Part shown: piece by piece, positions 1 to 13,749 of the stretch
How positions within the stretch are numbered: position 1 is the first letter of the stretch
Layout: each line of letters opens with the position of its first letter
Source: Octopus vulgaris
Lineage: Eukaryota
Direction of reading: 5' to 3'
DNA length: 64,000 nt
Assembly: GCA_951406725.2 (NCBI GenBank)
Contig: OX597814.1
Coordinates: 99,820,001-99,884,000 of the forward strand
Program-made: the position numbers and the translations under genes
Notes under the pieces: model-generated
The model's input: the letters and a program-made list of their open reading frames with translations, nothing else
Databases searched by the model: none
What the model was told of the DNA's origin: nothing

Positions 1-258
1 CATGCGTCGGAATTCAAGGACATGGATTTAGGCTGAGTTGAGACGACCATGTGAAGCTGTTGGTGACTGTGGTCAATCCCTGGAGAAAGTTGTTGCTGGA
101 AGGGCATATGTATATAAATGTGTGTGTGCGCATTTGTATGTATATATATAATTATATGCATATACATATCTATTTACTGGCATACATGAATGTATTTCGC
201 AAACTCGGGACTCAAGTCCAGGCACAATGTGCATCACCTTAGAAGTTTTACGTTCATT

Positions 259-500
259 GAGGCGCGTAGCTTAGTGGTTAGGGTGTTGCAATCACGAGTT
301 GTTTCGATTTTCATCCAGTACGATGCGTTGTGTTCTTGGACAAAACCATTCATATGACGTTGTTCCAGGCTAATCAGCGGGCAAAAATCAAGTAGTGTCT
401 CTCAAATAAAAAAGAAAACAGGATCAAAACTCATTTCCGATCCATGGGATCGGTGTCCCATCCTGATGATGGGAATATAAACGCCACGAAACCCGGGTAA
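259..500 (+). mobile_element. Decayed tRNA-derived SINE (head A, tail Y)
   Basis: Starts GAGGCGCGTAGCTTAGTGGTTAGGG (Pol III A-box), has CORE-like GTGTTCTTGGACAAAAC, and aligns by eye with the copy at 10694-10942. Confidence 0.7.
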
Positions 501-636
501 TAAAATTCTAGTCCAATTGATTGTGAAGGAATTTTGATCACTTTATTTTTCTATTTGATAGAGAATGGTTGCTGAATAACATTTCCTGGAAACATACATA
601 TGCATATGTACGCCTCTCCCTATCTCTCTCTCCTTT

Positions 637-639
<3 letters not shown>

Positions 640-707
<68 letters not shown>

Positions 708-786
708 GCATGTATGTATATATACATATATATACACACACATATATGCATATATGTGTGCGCGTGCATGTGTGTATATATATATA

Positions 787-830
<44 letters not shown>

Positions 831-860
831 GAGAGAGAGTGAGAGAGAGTGAGAGAGAAA
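640..860. repeat. Compound (TA)n/(TG)n/(GA)n microsatellite
   Basis: Direct inspection. Confidence 0.95.
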
Positions 861-1102
861 AGGGTTAGAGGATGGGAAGAGAAAGTGAGCGATAGCCATC
901 TATGTATCACTTTGAATCTGAATATATTGTAAAAGAGAATTAACTGCAATATTCGTTTCTGCTTAAAATACAATATATATATCATATGTATGTGTGTGTG
1001 TGTACATATTCCTGAGATAATTACAGTGCAGTCAGTAGTATCCATGGACGTCGTGTGGCTCATAATGTTGCATTCATTAATTCCACATGCGAATTGTTGG
1101 CG

Positions 1103-1260
1103 ATTTTCTTCTTCCGTCTTCCCTTATATTAGACTTACCTCTGTTTCTGAAGAAGAGCGTCTGCTCGAAACGTTAAACCATCTTTCTTTCCTTCCTTGAG
1201 TTCCACGTACGTACTCGCGTTGTCTTTATTTGTGCTTGCTCTTTTTGGGATTTACTGTAT
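1103..1260 (+). mobile_element. Short PLE pLTR-like unit carrying a hammerhead, followed by (TA)n
   Basis: Homologous to 10392-10575 (CCGTCTTCCCTT...GTTTCTGA.GAAGAGC...GCTCGAAACGTTAAACC...CTCGCGTTG). Confidence 0.7.
1143..1178 (+). ncRNA. Minimal type I hammerhead ribozyme
   Basis: GTTT-CTGAAGA-A-GAGC(GTCT)GCTC-GAAA-CG-T-T-AAAC: stem I GTTT/AAAC, intact core, palindromic ACGT stem III, GUU cleavage triplet. Confidence 0.8.
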
Positions 1261-1297
1261 ATATATATATGCACACACGCATACACACACACACATT

Positions 1298-1392
<95 letters not shown>

Positions 1393-1696
1393 GATGAAAA
1401 TGAAAATCGTTTCAGCAGTGTATACTGAGTATGGCAGATAAGTCGTTAGATTTCTCAATAACGTGTCCTCACAACTAACCACAAACGTAAATGAAAGCGG
1501 ATATTCGCAACATTATTAAATATTTCTTCATACTTTTCCTGTATATCGATGTCAACAATTTACGTTTAGCATTTGTCAACAATAATTTAATATATATTCA
1601 AATAGTCACGCTAGAAACAAAGTCTCCACAAGCATTACATTTTCAAATTGCCCATTTCGAAAAATTCTTACTAGATATATAAATACATGCGCAGCA

Positions 1697-2080
1697 TGGA
1701 AGCACTCCGTCGGTTACGACGACGAGGGTTCTGTTGATCCGAATCAAGGGAACAGCCTGCTCGTGAAATTAACGTGTAAGTGGCTGAGCACTCCACAGAC
1801 ACGTGTACCCTTAACGTAGTTCTCGGGGATATTCAGCGTAACACAGAGAGTGATATGGCCGGCCCTTTGAAATACAGGTACAACAGAAACAGGAAGTAAG
1901 AGTGAGAGAAAGTTGTGGTGAAAGAGTACAGCAGGGATCACCACCATCCCCTGCCGGAGCCTCGTGGAGCTTTAGGTGTTTTCGCTCAATAAACACTCAC
2001 AACGCCCGGTCTGGGAATCGAAACCGCGATCCTATGACCGCGAGTCCGCTGCCCTAACCACTGGGCCATTGCGCCTCCAC
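1697..2080 (-). mobile_element. Full-length tRNA-derived SINE (head B, tail X) with 12-bp TSD
   Basis: A-box TGGCCCAGTGG and B-box GTTTCGATTCC on the minus strand; ACATGCGCAGCA duplicated at 1685-1696 and 2081-2092; paralog at 55561-55922. Confidence 0.92.
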
Positions 2081-2536
2081 ACATGCGCAGCAACCAACTC
2101 CTGACTGACCAATGTGTCACTAACTGACTTTTTCTCTCAATACTCCTTTGTAAACACAGCAAATACTAACTTTCTCTGCAAAGAATATCATGAAGGGAAT
2201 TCGACAAATCTGTTTTTATCGCTAGTTTGCAAGCATGACTGAAATCTAAACAATAGCAATAATCCTTCATTGAACAAGAAGAAATCGCCTCACCATAACG
2301 TTATATTAATTCACGCCGTACAAATGCATACTTCCCTCTTATACCCTTATCCTCTTTCTACGCAACTACTTCCCCAATTTATCTATAATACACTTGATTG
2401 CTCCCAGTATAGTTCCACCTATCCACAAGAAACAATAAGCCAAAAACAACCCACATAAAACAGTCTCATATAAGCGAGGAAGCCCAAATGTCAATTATCA
2501 ACATTTTCTTTCTAAATGTCCGTATATCATTAACCT

Positions 2537-2631
2537 TGTGGCGGTAGAATCGCTAACAATATTTCGTCCGTGTTTACGGCCTGAGTTCAAATACCCCACC
2601 AAATATGCTAGCGTTGTGCCAAAATTTGAAA

Positions 2632-2635
<4 letters not shown>
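2537..2635 (+). mobile_element. Internally deleted SINE remnant (GGCGGCGAGCTGG family)
   Basis: GAGTTCAAAT B-box and TTGTGCCAAAATTTGAAACCAAT end shared with 25406-25620. Confidence 0.55.
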
Positions 2636-2689
<54 letters not shown>

Positions 2690-2736
2690 AAATGAAAGAC
2701 TGAAGATGGAATATATATATGTATGTATTATGTATG

Positions 2737-3142
2737 TATTTCTTTATTGCCCACAAGGAGCTAAACATAGAGAGGATAAACAAGGAAAGACAAAGGGATT
2801 AAGTCAATTACATCGACTCCAGTGCATAACTGGTACTTATGTAATCCACCCCGAAAGGATGAAAGCAAAGTCGACCTCGGCGGAATTTGAACGTAAGGAC
2901 AGACGAAATACCTATTTCTTTATTACCCACAAGGGGCTAAACACAGAGCGGACAAACAAGGACAGACATAGGTATTAAGTCGATTACATCGACCCAGTGC
3001 GTAACTGGTACTTATTTAATCGACCCCGAATGGATGAAAGGCAAAGTCGACCTCGGCGGAATTTGAACTCAGAACGTAACGACAGACGAAATACCGTTGA
3101 ACATTTGGCCCGGCGTGCTAACAATTCTGCCAGCTCGCCGCC
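2737..3142 (-). mobile_element. Head-to-tail dimer of the GGCGGCGAGCTGG-family SINE
   Basis: Minus strand begins GGCGGCGAGCTGGCAGAA, B-box GAGTTCAAATTCC; second 5'-truncated unit starts after the junction at 2905-2918. Confidence 0.88.
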
Positions 3143-3155
3143 CTGATATATATAC

Positions 3156-3480
3156 TCTTTTACTTGTTTACTTGACTGCGGCCATGCTGGAGCACCGCCT
3201 TAATCGAGTAAATCGACCCCAGGACTTATTCTTTGTAAGCCTAGTACTTATTCTATCAGTCTCTGTTGCCGAACCGCTAAGTTACGGGGACGTAAGCACA
3301 CCAGCATCAGTTGTCAAGCGATGTTGGCGGGGACAAACACAGACACACAAACATATACACACACATATATATATATACGACGGGCTTCCTTCAGTTTCCG
3401 TCTACCAATTCCACTCACAAGTCTTTGGCCGGCCCGAGGCTATAGTAGAAGACATTTGCCGAAGCTGCCACGCAGTGGGA
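3156..3480 (-). mobile_element. SINE, GCAGGAGTGGCTGTGTGG family (5'-truncated)
   Basis: Reverse complement matches 43449-43826 (CCCCGTAACTTAGCGGTTCGGCAA, GGTGCTCCAGCATGGCCGCAGTCAA). Confidence 0.88.
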
Positions 3481-4832
3481 CGCTGCATAGAAAATTACTC
3501 CCGGTTGCATATGGCATACCGCAAAATGAAAGGAAATAAACTTTTGATGATGTACCAGTCTCCATATTCCTTATCATTATAAATGTTGCAAATATACACT
3601 CCAAATTATATTACACAGAATTACGCATCGCCGGGATATACAGCGTGAGCGACAACACCTAGTAGTCATAGACTTTAAATATTAATCCATGCGGTTAGCC
3701 GTAACCCGGAACATAACTGAGAGTTACTACCGAATCAGCTCATTTGATAAATCCCTCTAAAGATACACACACACACACACACACACACATACACACACAC
3801 ACACATACACACACAAAACCTCTCTTCCCCCATGTATGTGTACGCATATATGTATGTTTGTATGTATATATGTGTATATATATATATGTATATATGAATG
3901 TATAAATTCTCAGGAAACTCTCCGTTTTTGCGATTAACTTTCATTCCCATACGGAATTAACCGTTTTTGCTATTAATCGTTTCTATGAATTGTCTGGAAG
4001 TTAATAGAATTTTAAAAAAATATAAACACTATCTTTCCTGGTTTAGTACTTAGTATAACTATATTTGTCATTGCTATCCAAATTTATGCCACTGGACCTA
4101 CGAGTAGATGTTTATCGTTGCTCAATTATTATTTTTTATTTATTCAAATTACCCTAGACCCAAAATATTATCTACTTACTTTTTATTCGTGTAATCGTGT
4201 GTCTGGTTTGTATCAACTTTTTAAGAACTGATGTGTTTATGTCTTCTAGTTTATAACTGTATAGCTGTGCTCTTGTCTCCAGAAGCAAAAATGAGACATA
4301 CTTGACATTAATGATATATCAATTCCATTGTACAAATCAGTTAAATTCGTTCAATGTATATAATCAATACAGAAAAGTCCTTTATGTTTAGGAACAAACG
4401 CTCACTGCATGACGATTTTACACTTTTGGGGTCTGAGAACTTCAGGTAAAGTAGTGGTGTCCTTCAAGATTTCAGTAACAGCTATAGGTAATACTTACCC
4501 CACTTAAATGTGAATGTATTGTTTGAACAAATTATAATGCGGAGGATGTCACGAGAGAAGCTCTCATATTGACTTTTGGTGCAAAATGCGCTCTTTTGTT
4601 TTATATAACACTGAGACAATCAGATCACATGATATCGACCTTCCATGGCGTTGAGAGTAATGGACGCTCGAGTGTTAAAGATAGCAGTAATTCTCCACCA
4701 ACGATATATAGAATAACAGTGCCACAGGTGCTGCTGTTGCGATTAGCCAATGAGTATGTTACAAACTATATATTAGCGACATGTGCGAAACTTTCATATT
4801 GTCTTTTGATGCAAATTGAATTCTTGCTTTTA

Positions 4833-6119
4833 TATTGGGTTGGCAGCTAAGTTCCCGCCGTTTTTTTAAAATTTTGGAATTAATTGCGTTTTAAAATTTT
4901 GGAATCTATTTGTTTTCGAGAATTCTATTTTTGAGTAATTTGGGAATCTCTTTTTTTTTTCGTTAATTAATTTTAGTTAATTTTTTGTTTATTTTCAGTT
5001 CATTAAAATGGAATGTCAAGTTAAGAAAAACGAGCATTTTCGACACCTCCTTCTTTTTGCGTTTAATCAAGGTTCTAAGGCAGCAAAAGCTGCTTGCGAC
5101 ATTTGTGTTGTGTATGGAGAGGGTGCCATCGCTGAAAGAACCGCTCATGATTGGTATGCCAAGTTCAAAAATGGAAATTTTGACCTCTAAGACGCACCTC
5201 GTTCTGGTCGTCCAGTTGAGTTCGATGAAGAGCGATTAAACCAACTTTTGCACGAAAATTCTCGTCAAACGATAAGGGAACTGGCAGAGAAAATGGAATG
5301 CTCCCACACTGCTGTATAGAAGCATCTTCACTCGATAGGAAATGTTCAGAAGTATCGAGCATGGGTTCCTCATGCTTTAAGGGACAACAACAGAAATCAA
5401 CGAGTCACATTCTCCGCTGGTTTGCATTCTCATCACCGCTCAAACTCATGGACACAAGCAACGATTTCTTTACCGAATCGTTACTGGCGACGAAAAATGG
5501 TACCTGTACATCAATATGAAGCAGAGTAAGGAATGGTTTAACACAGGTAAACAAGCTACACCGCGCGTGAAACAAGATATTCATCTGCGTAAAAAGATGT
5601 TGTGCGTATGGTGGGACTGGGAAGGTATTATCTACTACGAATTGCTTGAACGGAACCAAACGGTCAACGCGGAACTCTATGTTCAGCAGATGGAACGACT
5701 CAACACGGCTATTTAAGAGAAAAGACCTAATCGTCAACATAGAGTTATTCTGCTGCATGACAACACCCGCCCTCATATCGCCAATATGACCAAGCGAGCC
5801 ATTCAAACGCATGGCTAGGAAGTGCTGCTACACCCACCGAACTCTCCTAGGCACCAACGGATTTCCACCTCTTTCGATCTCTTTCAAATGCTATTTCGTT
5901 CAATACTGATGTAGAACTGAGAGCTTGGCTGGATCAATTTTACGTGTCGAAATCGGGTGATTTCTACCAACGGAGTATTGAAAATCTTGTTGAAAGTTGG
6001 GAAGAATTTGTAAACAAGGGTGAATACATTATTGATTAATTAGTTGTTAGTTTTTTATTAAACCTTTTAAAAAATTTAAATTTTAAAAAAAACGGCAGGA
6101 ACTTAGTTATAACCCAATA
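4833..6119 (+). mobile_element. Full-length mariner DNA transposon (decayed)
   Basis: TIRs TTGGGTTGGCAGCTAAGTTCCCGCCGTTTTTTT / AAAAAAACGGCAGGAACTTAGTTATAACCCAA flanked by TA; about 1.29 kb. Confidence 0.95.
5008..6039 (+). pseudogene. Mariner (DD34D) transposase pseudogene
   Basis: MECQVKKNEHFRH..., PRSGRP, WVPHAL, IVTGDEKW, LLHDNTRPH, HPPNSP..APTDFHLFRSL; several stops and frameshifts. Confidence 0.95.
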
Positions 6120-6834
6120 GCTAGCGGGGAGAAGAATCTAACAGAAAATCCACTTTTAAGTGGGTATAAATGTTGCCTCTTCGTATTATATTGCCTCCGT
6201 TGTTAATATATATATATTTTTTAGTAACACGAACATTTTTTTTTAGGAACACATTTACGCTATTTCCAAAAGCAGCAATGTTTTTGATACTCAAACCTCG
6301 ACACCCCTCAATTTTCAGTACCTAAAGTTAGATGAAAACAGTTATGGAAATTAAAATTTCATTCTCACATAAATTATTTCTTCTCAGAGGCAACCAATAT
6401 GGTTTATATAGAAATATGACAGCCTTCGCTTTTGTGTAATGCACTTACTTCCTAAGGATTTGGGGAACTTAAGGTCAAACAGTGTTTTCTCAGGGATTTC
6501 GATAACGACTATAATAATATCTGGCATGAGAATCTCAGCAAAAATTCTCACATACATATTGAATCCTCAATTGACTCTAAGGCTTTTTCGTAAAGTTGCT
6601 CCTTTACAGCGATTGTGAACGGGGTTCTCCAACCCACATTGTATCAAATTCAGATTAACGTTGGCTTTATTTATATCTTGGTTACTTTGAATCACACATT
6701 TTCAGACAGTTCATATGCCTCTTAACATTTCACCCACACGCAACGAGATATATTTTTGGTAAATTTGTATATGCATATAAATATGTATAGATGTATGATG
6801 TATATATGTATTATTATTATTATTATATATATAT

Positions 6835-6893
<59 letters not shown>

Positions 6894-6927
6894 ATGTATA
6901 GAGGTATGTTACATTACTCGGTAGTCA

Positions 6928-6990
6928 AGATAAAACTCTGAGTTTCAGATGCCGAAGTGGAAATCCACAACACCATCTCTTCGGTTATCT
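6928..6990 (-). ncRNA. Type I hammerhead ribozyme (CCGA core variant) in PLE 3' region
   Basis: Minus strand AGATAA-CCGAAGA-GATG...CATC-T-GAAA-CTCAGAG-T-T-TTATCT: 6-bp stem I, stem II GATG/CATC, stem III ACTC/GAGT. Confidence 0.75.
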
Positions 6991-7021
6991 GGCTATTTGA
7001 AAACGTTATGAAAAAATACCG

Positions 7022-7621
7022 TTAAAAATGAAGGGAAATTACTCTGTTATAACTCTGCTTTGCCTGCGTACTTATACATCGCTCGCATTTTTCGTCATAA
7101 AAATTATATAAAAATACATAAAAATATATAAAAATATATAAAAATATATAAAATCTTCTTGGGACATAACACAGAAAGCATGTTCTATCCGTTTTCTTTA
7201 GGGGACCAAAACGTAACAGAAATTTAGTCACATGTGGGCATGATCCGAAAAGTTCTGTCCTTGTATTTAGACATGTGGTAGGGTCTAAGCTGCTTTTCCA
7301 GATAAGCCATCTCTCCATGTCGCATAAACCGCACCTTCCGCTGCCGTTAGTATAGGGCTTACATCTGGCCAAAATCTTCCATTGTATGTTATAATCGACA
7401 CCTTTATCTCTTAAAGACCAAATATGATTGGATAATTGTGTCGCTTTTCTTTTGTTCCAGTGCCTAAAGCTGAAAGTGTGGTTATTGAACCTGGCCTTGA
7501 AATTACCCTCTGTCAGGCCCACGTATTTCTTCGTCGAAACGGTGTCTTTAGTGGTTATAGAGTTTACGGTAGCCTCATATATGATGGTCTTGGACATGCA
7601 AGCTCCATTTAGCGGGCACAA
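7022..7621 (-). pseudogene. PLE C-terminal GIY-YIG endonuclease fragment (Cys-rich type)
   Basis: CPLNGAC..IIYEATV..KYVGLTEGNFKARFNNH..LSNHIW..CGLC..E..LNTRTEL..CPH; RT is missing. Confidence 0.9.
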
Positions 7622-7635
7622 TTCTTTATTCCTAG

Positions 7636-7671
<36 letters not shown>

Positions 7672-9133
7672 ATATATGAATATATGCACATATATGTATA
7701 TATATGAAATATATATATATATATTATTCCGTTTGTATTCACATTTCAATGATACCTTACTTTCAAAGCATTCTTCCCATTATGCGCCGGTTTGACTATT
7801 TATAAAGGTACCCCACCAAAAAATGCGTATCTCGGGAACCCATGGTCTGATTTATGCGATACTAATTTTATTCCGTTTGCATTCACATTCATTGCTATGT
7901 ATAGCAATGAATTTCACGTCTCTATATTCACACTTATCTCAAGATCTGACCAAAAATAGTGTTATATGCTCTCATATAACCCACTAATACTTTTAAAATG
8001 TCAAACTTATACATATTGAAAAATATTTATCATATACACTAGGAACATACACACACCTAACTAAATGTGCATATAAGTTACATACTCTCACGCAAGTCAG
8101 ATACGATGCATACATTGACACGCTTATACATATATACAGGACTTAGCTTAGAACGTTTAGCGATAGCTATACAATCATGCATAGTTTGTGATACGCATAA
8201 TATTACACGGCTAAAAGCGCAGTGTGCGTGCATGTGTGTGTGTTTCTATGTGTTTGTGTGTGTATAAATGAATACATGTGTGTGTTTGTATCTGCGTGTG
8301 CATGCGTATAGCGCTTGAAAAAACGCACACAAGCAAAATGCGAATCAGTATGCAAACCTAACGCGAACATACATACACGTGCACACAAAGAAGCTATATA
8401 TATATATATATTTATATATATATGCATGAAGCCCAACACATTCACACCCACGCAAACAGGAAAACGGATATACACACATACACACAAACAGTCACAAACA
8501 CCCACTCACACACTTGCACACTTACACTTGATGATAGTAACAATGATATTTGCTATGTCAAAACAACCACCGTATTAAGCTACTCAAATGTGATCCGAAC
8601 CACTATTTCCCCGTTCACCCACACCACCACGGTATAGTTCTCCAGAGTAGTGAGCCATCTGCAATGCTGGTATTAATGTCAGAAGTCGGACGTCAGTATT
8701 GCTTTAATAGCTACCGTCGTGTTGGCGATCAGTACAAAGATGAAGCCGGCCGTGTGCAATTATCAATCATTTAGTGATCGGATGAGGGTCGGAGAGGGTC
8801 ATGTGCAAAGGGTCGGGGGTTCGCAGAGAGTAATTGAGGGAAGGAAAGCGGTCCCACAATGTGACAGATTTCGTTGAATATACACATGAAGCTATATGTA
8901 CAAACACATAAATATATATTTCTGTGCTTTTGTGTGTGTGTGTGTGTGTTTGTGTTAGTGTGTGTGTGTGCGAATACAGGCACACACACGTATGCATGCA
9001 TTAAAAGACAGAGAAGCAACTAAACTGAGGGAATGAGATTGGGAAACAGAGGTAGACGATACCAACAGCGCAGTAGAATTACTGAAACTGGTTGTTAAAC
9101 AAGCTTGTTAGATAGTTACAATGCCGGAATTAA

Positions 9134-9221
<88 letters not shown>

Positions 9222-9964
9222 GTGTACATGTATATGTATTTGTATACAACCAAATACACACATAAATATATATGCGAATGCACATATTTTTGTGCGTGTG
9301 TTGCTGTGTGTGTGCGTGTTTGTGTGAATGTGTGCGTGAGTATAGAATGAAAAAGATGGAAAGTGACAGTAGATTAAGTGAAAGGAATCGGAGAAGGATA
9401 CGCAGAGAATGAGAAACGTGTAAGGAAAGAGAAAGAATGGTACGAGAGTGAAGTGATATAGAAAGTATGTATGTGAAAGTGCACGGGAAATGAAATTCTT
9501 GACTCAAAAATGATAAACCATAACTCATGTACGTATGTGCAAATATATACATGCATACTCACATATGCACACACACACACACAGGCACACACACACACAA
9601 ACTTGCACACACGCGCACACATACATACGCATACACATGTACACATACTCGCACGCACGCACAAATACACACGCATATGGGGGAAAAAGGGAGGTTAAAC
9701 GAGGACAATGAGAGAAAGAAACACCTGGAAAATAAGGATGATTAAGAGAGAAGAATGTATAAGGAGAGAAGGTAAAGGCGCAAATGTGACGGAAACGTGT
9801 GTGATATTGCAAAAAACAGAATGCGTCGTTCTCAAAATAAATAAAACAATGCTTTTATACATGCTCAAATATACCCATGAATATATACATATACACTGAC
9901 AGACACACTCACGCACACATATTTACTATCACATACATATATATTTGTATATATGTGTATATAA

Positions 9965-10023
<59 letters not shown>

Positions 10024-10091
10024 TATATATATAGTTAGATATGTTTCTACAGACAGACAGACAGACATACAGACAGACAGATAGATAGACT

Positions 10092-10146
<55 letters not shown>

Positions 10147-10149
10147 TAT

Positions 10150-10376
10150 ATGATATCAGTTCGCCTCCAATATGATTCAAGTACGTGATGTTGGTAAGCC
10201 CCAAAAATGGCAAAACCTCGATATCCATCGCTCCTGGTTAGGTCTTGGGGTAAGTTGTCCCGCCTGCCTATGAATTTCAGATGTGTTAACACCTGGCACT
10301 TTGATGGAGTCATCTCCCACGCACCATTTGTAGCCCACTAGCGAACAAGCAGTGCGCCTACAGCACGTGCGTTCGA
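10150..10376 (-). mobile_element. Degenerate LINE RT/thumb fragment
   Basis: Minus-strand translation W..NG..MTPSKCQVL resembles the LINE 'W...M.FNPSKC.VL' segment. Confidence 0.4.
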
Positions 10377-10391
10377 TATATATATATATAT

Positions 10392-10689
<298 letters not shown>

Positions 10690-10693
10690 GTGT

Positions 10694-10942
10694 GTGGAGG
10701 CGCGTGGTTTAGTGGTTAAAGGTTTCAGCATCATGATCGTAAGATTGTGGTTTCCATTCGTGGACCGGGCGACGCGTTGTGTTCTTGAGCAAAACACTTC
10801 ATTTCACGTTGCTCCAGTTCACTCAGCTGGCAAAAATGAGTAATGCTACGATGGACTGGTGTCCCGTCCAGCTGGGGAACACATATTCCATTGAAACCGG
10901 GAAACCGGGCCCATGAGCCTGGCTAGGCTTTAAAAAGGGCGC
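10694..10942 (+). mobile_element. tRNA-derived SINE (head A, tail Y)
   Basis: A-box TGGTTTAGTGG, CORE-like GTGTTCTTGAGCAAAACACTTCATTTCAC, tail GATGGACTGGTGTCCCGTCCAG...GAAACCGGG. Confidence 0.9.
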
Positions 10943-11540
10943 ATATATATATATATATACTCACTTACAGATATAGGTGTGTGTGCATGTGCGAACGTGT
11001 GTACACATTATCTATTACACCATTTCACATTTCTCTATGTTAGTGGTAGTGTTCAATGTAATCTACTTATTTATATATCTTTTAAAATATCACAATAAAA
11101 CAGAGACAATATTCTTTTATTCGAATTTTAAATATTAACTTGGTATTTGTTATGAAATGAAGTAGTTTCTTATGCATTTATCTTTATATGAATGCATACG
11201 CAGCATAAACATGAGTATATATGAGTACACATTTTTATGCTGTTAAGTCATATTACGTATAACAGAATTTTATCCTGTCCTTGTACTGAAAAAAAAACTG
11301 ATATATGTTACATATTTTCATAATCTCTTCAATGCCTTGCGATTGTAATTTCATAATTAGCCGCCACCTCTCACGTTTTCTGACACTAAGGATTTTAAAA
11401 TAGGTGCTGGGTTATCTAGTAACATAGTTAGTAATCACAAGCGTAAATGTCTAATAGGCAGGTTTAACCTCAATGGTTAGTAATAGATATGTTTTTAAAT
11501 AACTTTTTACTTCTTCTGTGACAAAAACTTCTGTGTAATG

Positions 11541-12008
11541 CAGGGTGTGTCCCCAAAATTGATATAATTTAGAATGTGAATATCTGAGAAACTACATGTC
11601 CTAGGCAAATAAAATTAAATAGGCTTCATGTTGAACAATAGATGTATTTATCGAAACTCGAACAAGAGGTTCAACATGCGCACCACCTGTGACACGACGC
11701 AGGTCAAGTGCAAGTGGGTAGCATGCCTTGCATATCATTCTCCAGTACATCAGTGATTTTCTGCTTGAGTTGCTCTAGGCGTGTAGGAAAAGGGGGTATA
11801 TAAACCAATCCTTTCACTTAGCCCAGTAGAAGAAAATAGCAAGATGTCACGTCAGGAGAACGTGGTGGCCATTTCAACAGAACATTGCAATTATGACTGA
11901 TCCAAACATAGTTAATGTTTACACACTTTGCTAAACTTTGAGATCGTTTGAGAGAGAACTGGCTTTGTTATTTGACTAAAAAATGATGTCAATTTTAGAG
12001 GGAAACCC
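11541..12008 (-). mobile_element. Internally deleted Tc1/mariner-superfamily element
   Basis: Imperfect TIRs CAGGGTGTGTCCCCAAAATTGA / TCAATTTTAGAGGGAAACCCT; minus-strand WPPRSPDVTSCYF..VKGLVY resembles the WPPRSPDLTPCDF catalytic motif. Confidence 0.75.
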
Positions 12009-12907
12009 TATATATTAGGCCAGTATTTTGCCGTGTTTTTTTCAAGACGACTTCACCTATATATTTGCTCATATAGGGTAAATCGCTGTATATCACAAGA
12101 ACGTTTCACAAAGTATTTTAACACAATTTTTTATACAGTTCCTAGTAACGTTTAACTATAAAAATATAACTTTTTAGACATCGATTTCATTGGAGGTTTC
12201 ATTTGAATAACATAGGATTTAATGTGGTCTATAGGTAAAAATAGTTGAGAAACACTGCTACGGAGTATGTAGTGGTTTTCACATCTAGACGTTTTACGTA
12301 CATAAGTCATTCTTTTTATGCTCTAAGTATTTTGATGCGACTTCCTGTTCCTAGATTGCAAAATTATACTCTTCAGTGTGCGAAGAATATACCATTTCTT
12401 AGCCCAAGATAGAGTACGCAGGTTATGTTTGTTATTGGCAACATATCAGTACATGACTTCCTATTACAGTAGAGTTCTCTTTTTCAGTTATATATATATA
12501 TATGTCGCATACACACACACATACACACACACAAAAAACACCTACACACTCACACAAACACGCACACTTGCACACACATATGCATAAAGTATTCTTTCAG
12601 CAATTTGGGTGTGACCTTATATAACACGTTGTCTTTCTCACCCTTTCTGTCTTCCTCGCTCTCGCTCTGTGTCTGTCTGTTTGTCTGTCTCTCTCTCTGA
12701 ACAAAATCATACACATACATATGTGTCATGTTAGCGGTTTCAAAAGAACTCAATACTTAGTTATTGTGTTGAATGAGCAGTTGTGAGCACATAGAGAAAA
12801 ATTGACTTTGTGAAAAAGAGGATATTAGACAAAGAGAAGAAAGAAAATGAGTGGTCATGAGAGAGAGAGAGAGAGAGCGTGAAGGAGAGAGAGAGAGCAC
12901 GTGAATG

Positions 12908-12955
<48 letters not shown>

Positions 12956-13310
12956 GGACAGAAAGCAAGAGAGAAAGTGACGGGCCTTGGCGTATGTAAA
13001 CCTGCAAAATGGTGAGAGGGAGTAAGACGAACAGTTATAAGATATACAAGAATCAGTCGAAAGTACCAGAAAGATTTTATAACTCTTTGGAAACACGCAT
13101 TCACATACACAAAACCACAGACACACACACACGCGCGCATGCGCACACACATACAAACTCACACACAAACACACATAATCATACGCACACACACACATTC
13201 ACACGCAAATACGCATGCACACACAAAGAAAAGATAATATATAACGACACACCCAGATGGCTGCATGTGAGCGTGTGTATTATGTATGTGCATATGTGTT
13301 TGTGTACGTG

Positions 13311-13555
13311 TGTATGTATGTATGTATGCATTATGTATGTATGTATGTATGTATGTACGTATGTATGTGCATAAGTGTTTGTGTATGTATGTATGTATGT
13401 ATGTATGTATGTATGTACGTATGTATGTGCATATGTGTCTGTGTATGTATGTATGTATGTATGCATGTATGTATGTATGTATGTATGTATGTATGTATGT
13501 ATGTATGTATGCATGTATGCATGCATGTATGTATGTATGTATGTATGTATGTATG

Positions 13556-13583
<28 letters not shown>
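13311..13583. repeat. (ATGT)n microsatellite with a 60-bp higher-order duplication
   Basis: GTACGTATGTATGTGCATA.GTGT recurs at a 60-bp period. Confidence 0.9.
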
Positions 13584-13586
<3 letters not shown>

Positions 13587-13749
13587 GTGTGCGTGTATCT
13601 ATCAGTGTGTGCATTTATTTGCGGTTTTCTGGGTGTGTGTGTGTAAGTGTGTTTATCTGATTGCTTTGGTATTAGTGTGCGTATGTGAGTCCCAGGGTGT
13701 GTCCCTGTGTGTGTCAATACCTTCTTTGTAGTTTTTGCTTTCTTTCATT

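Larger units (their letters stand above)
6890..7635 (-). mobile_element. 5'-truncated Penelope-like retroelement (GIY-YIG plus pLTR with hammerhead) inserted in (TA)n
   Basis: GIY-YIG ORF followed by an AT-rich UTR and a hammerhead motif; (TA)n on both sides. Confidence 0.88.

Noticed and set aside
464-500. Hammerhead-like CTGATGA-TGG...CCA-C-GAAA-CCCGGG-TA
   Set aside because: No stem I pairing; the segment aligns to SINE tail Y, whose other copies (10860-10910, 38590-38650) lack the core
2010-2080. tRNA gene (also the other A/B-box heads)
   Set aside because: Heads continue into SINE bodies, with a TSD in this case, and lack a complete acceptor stem
6978-7000. miR-9 gene
   Set aside because: Seed position differs and there is no complementary star arm; kept only as a possible antisense target
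7050-7100. Possible SECIS element (ATGAC...) after the PLE GIY-YIG ORF
   Set aside because: Helix II and the opposing NGAN quartet do not pair, and no in-frame TGA is present in the fragment
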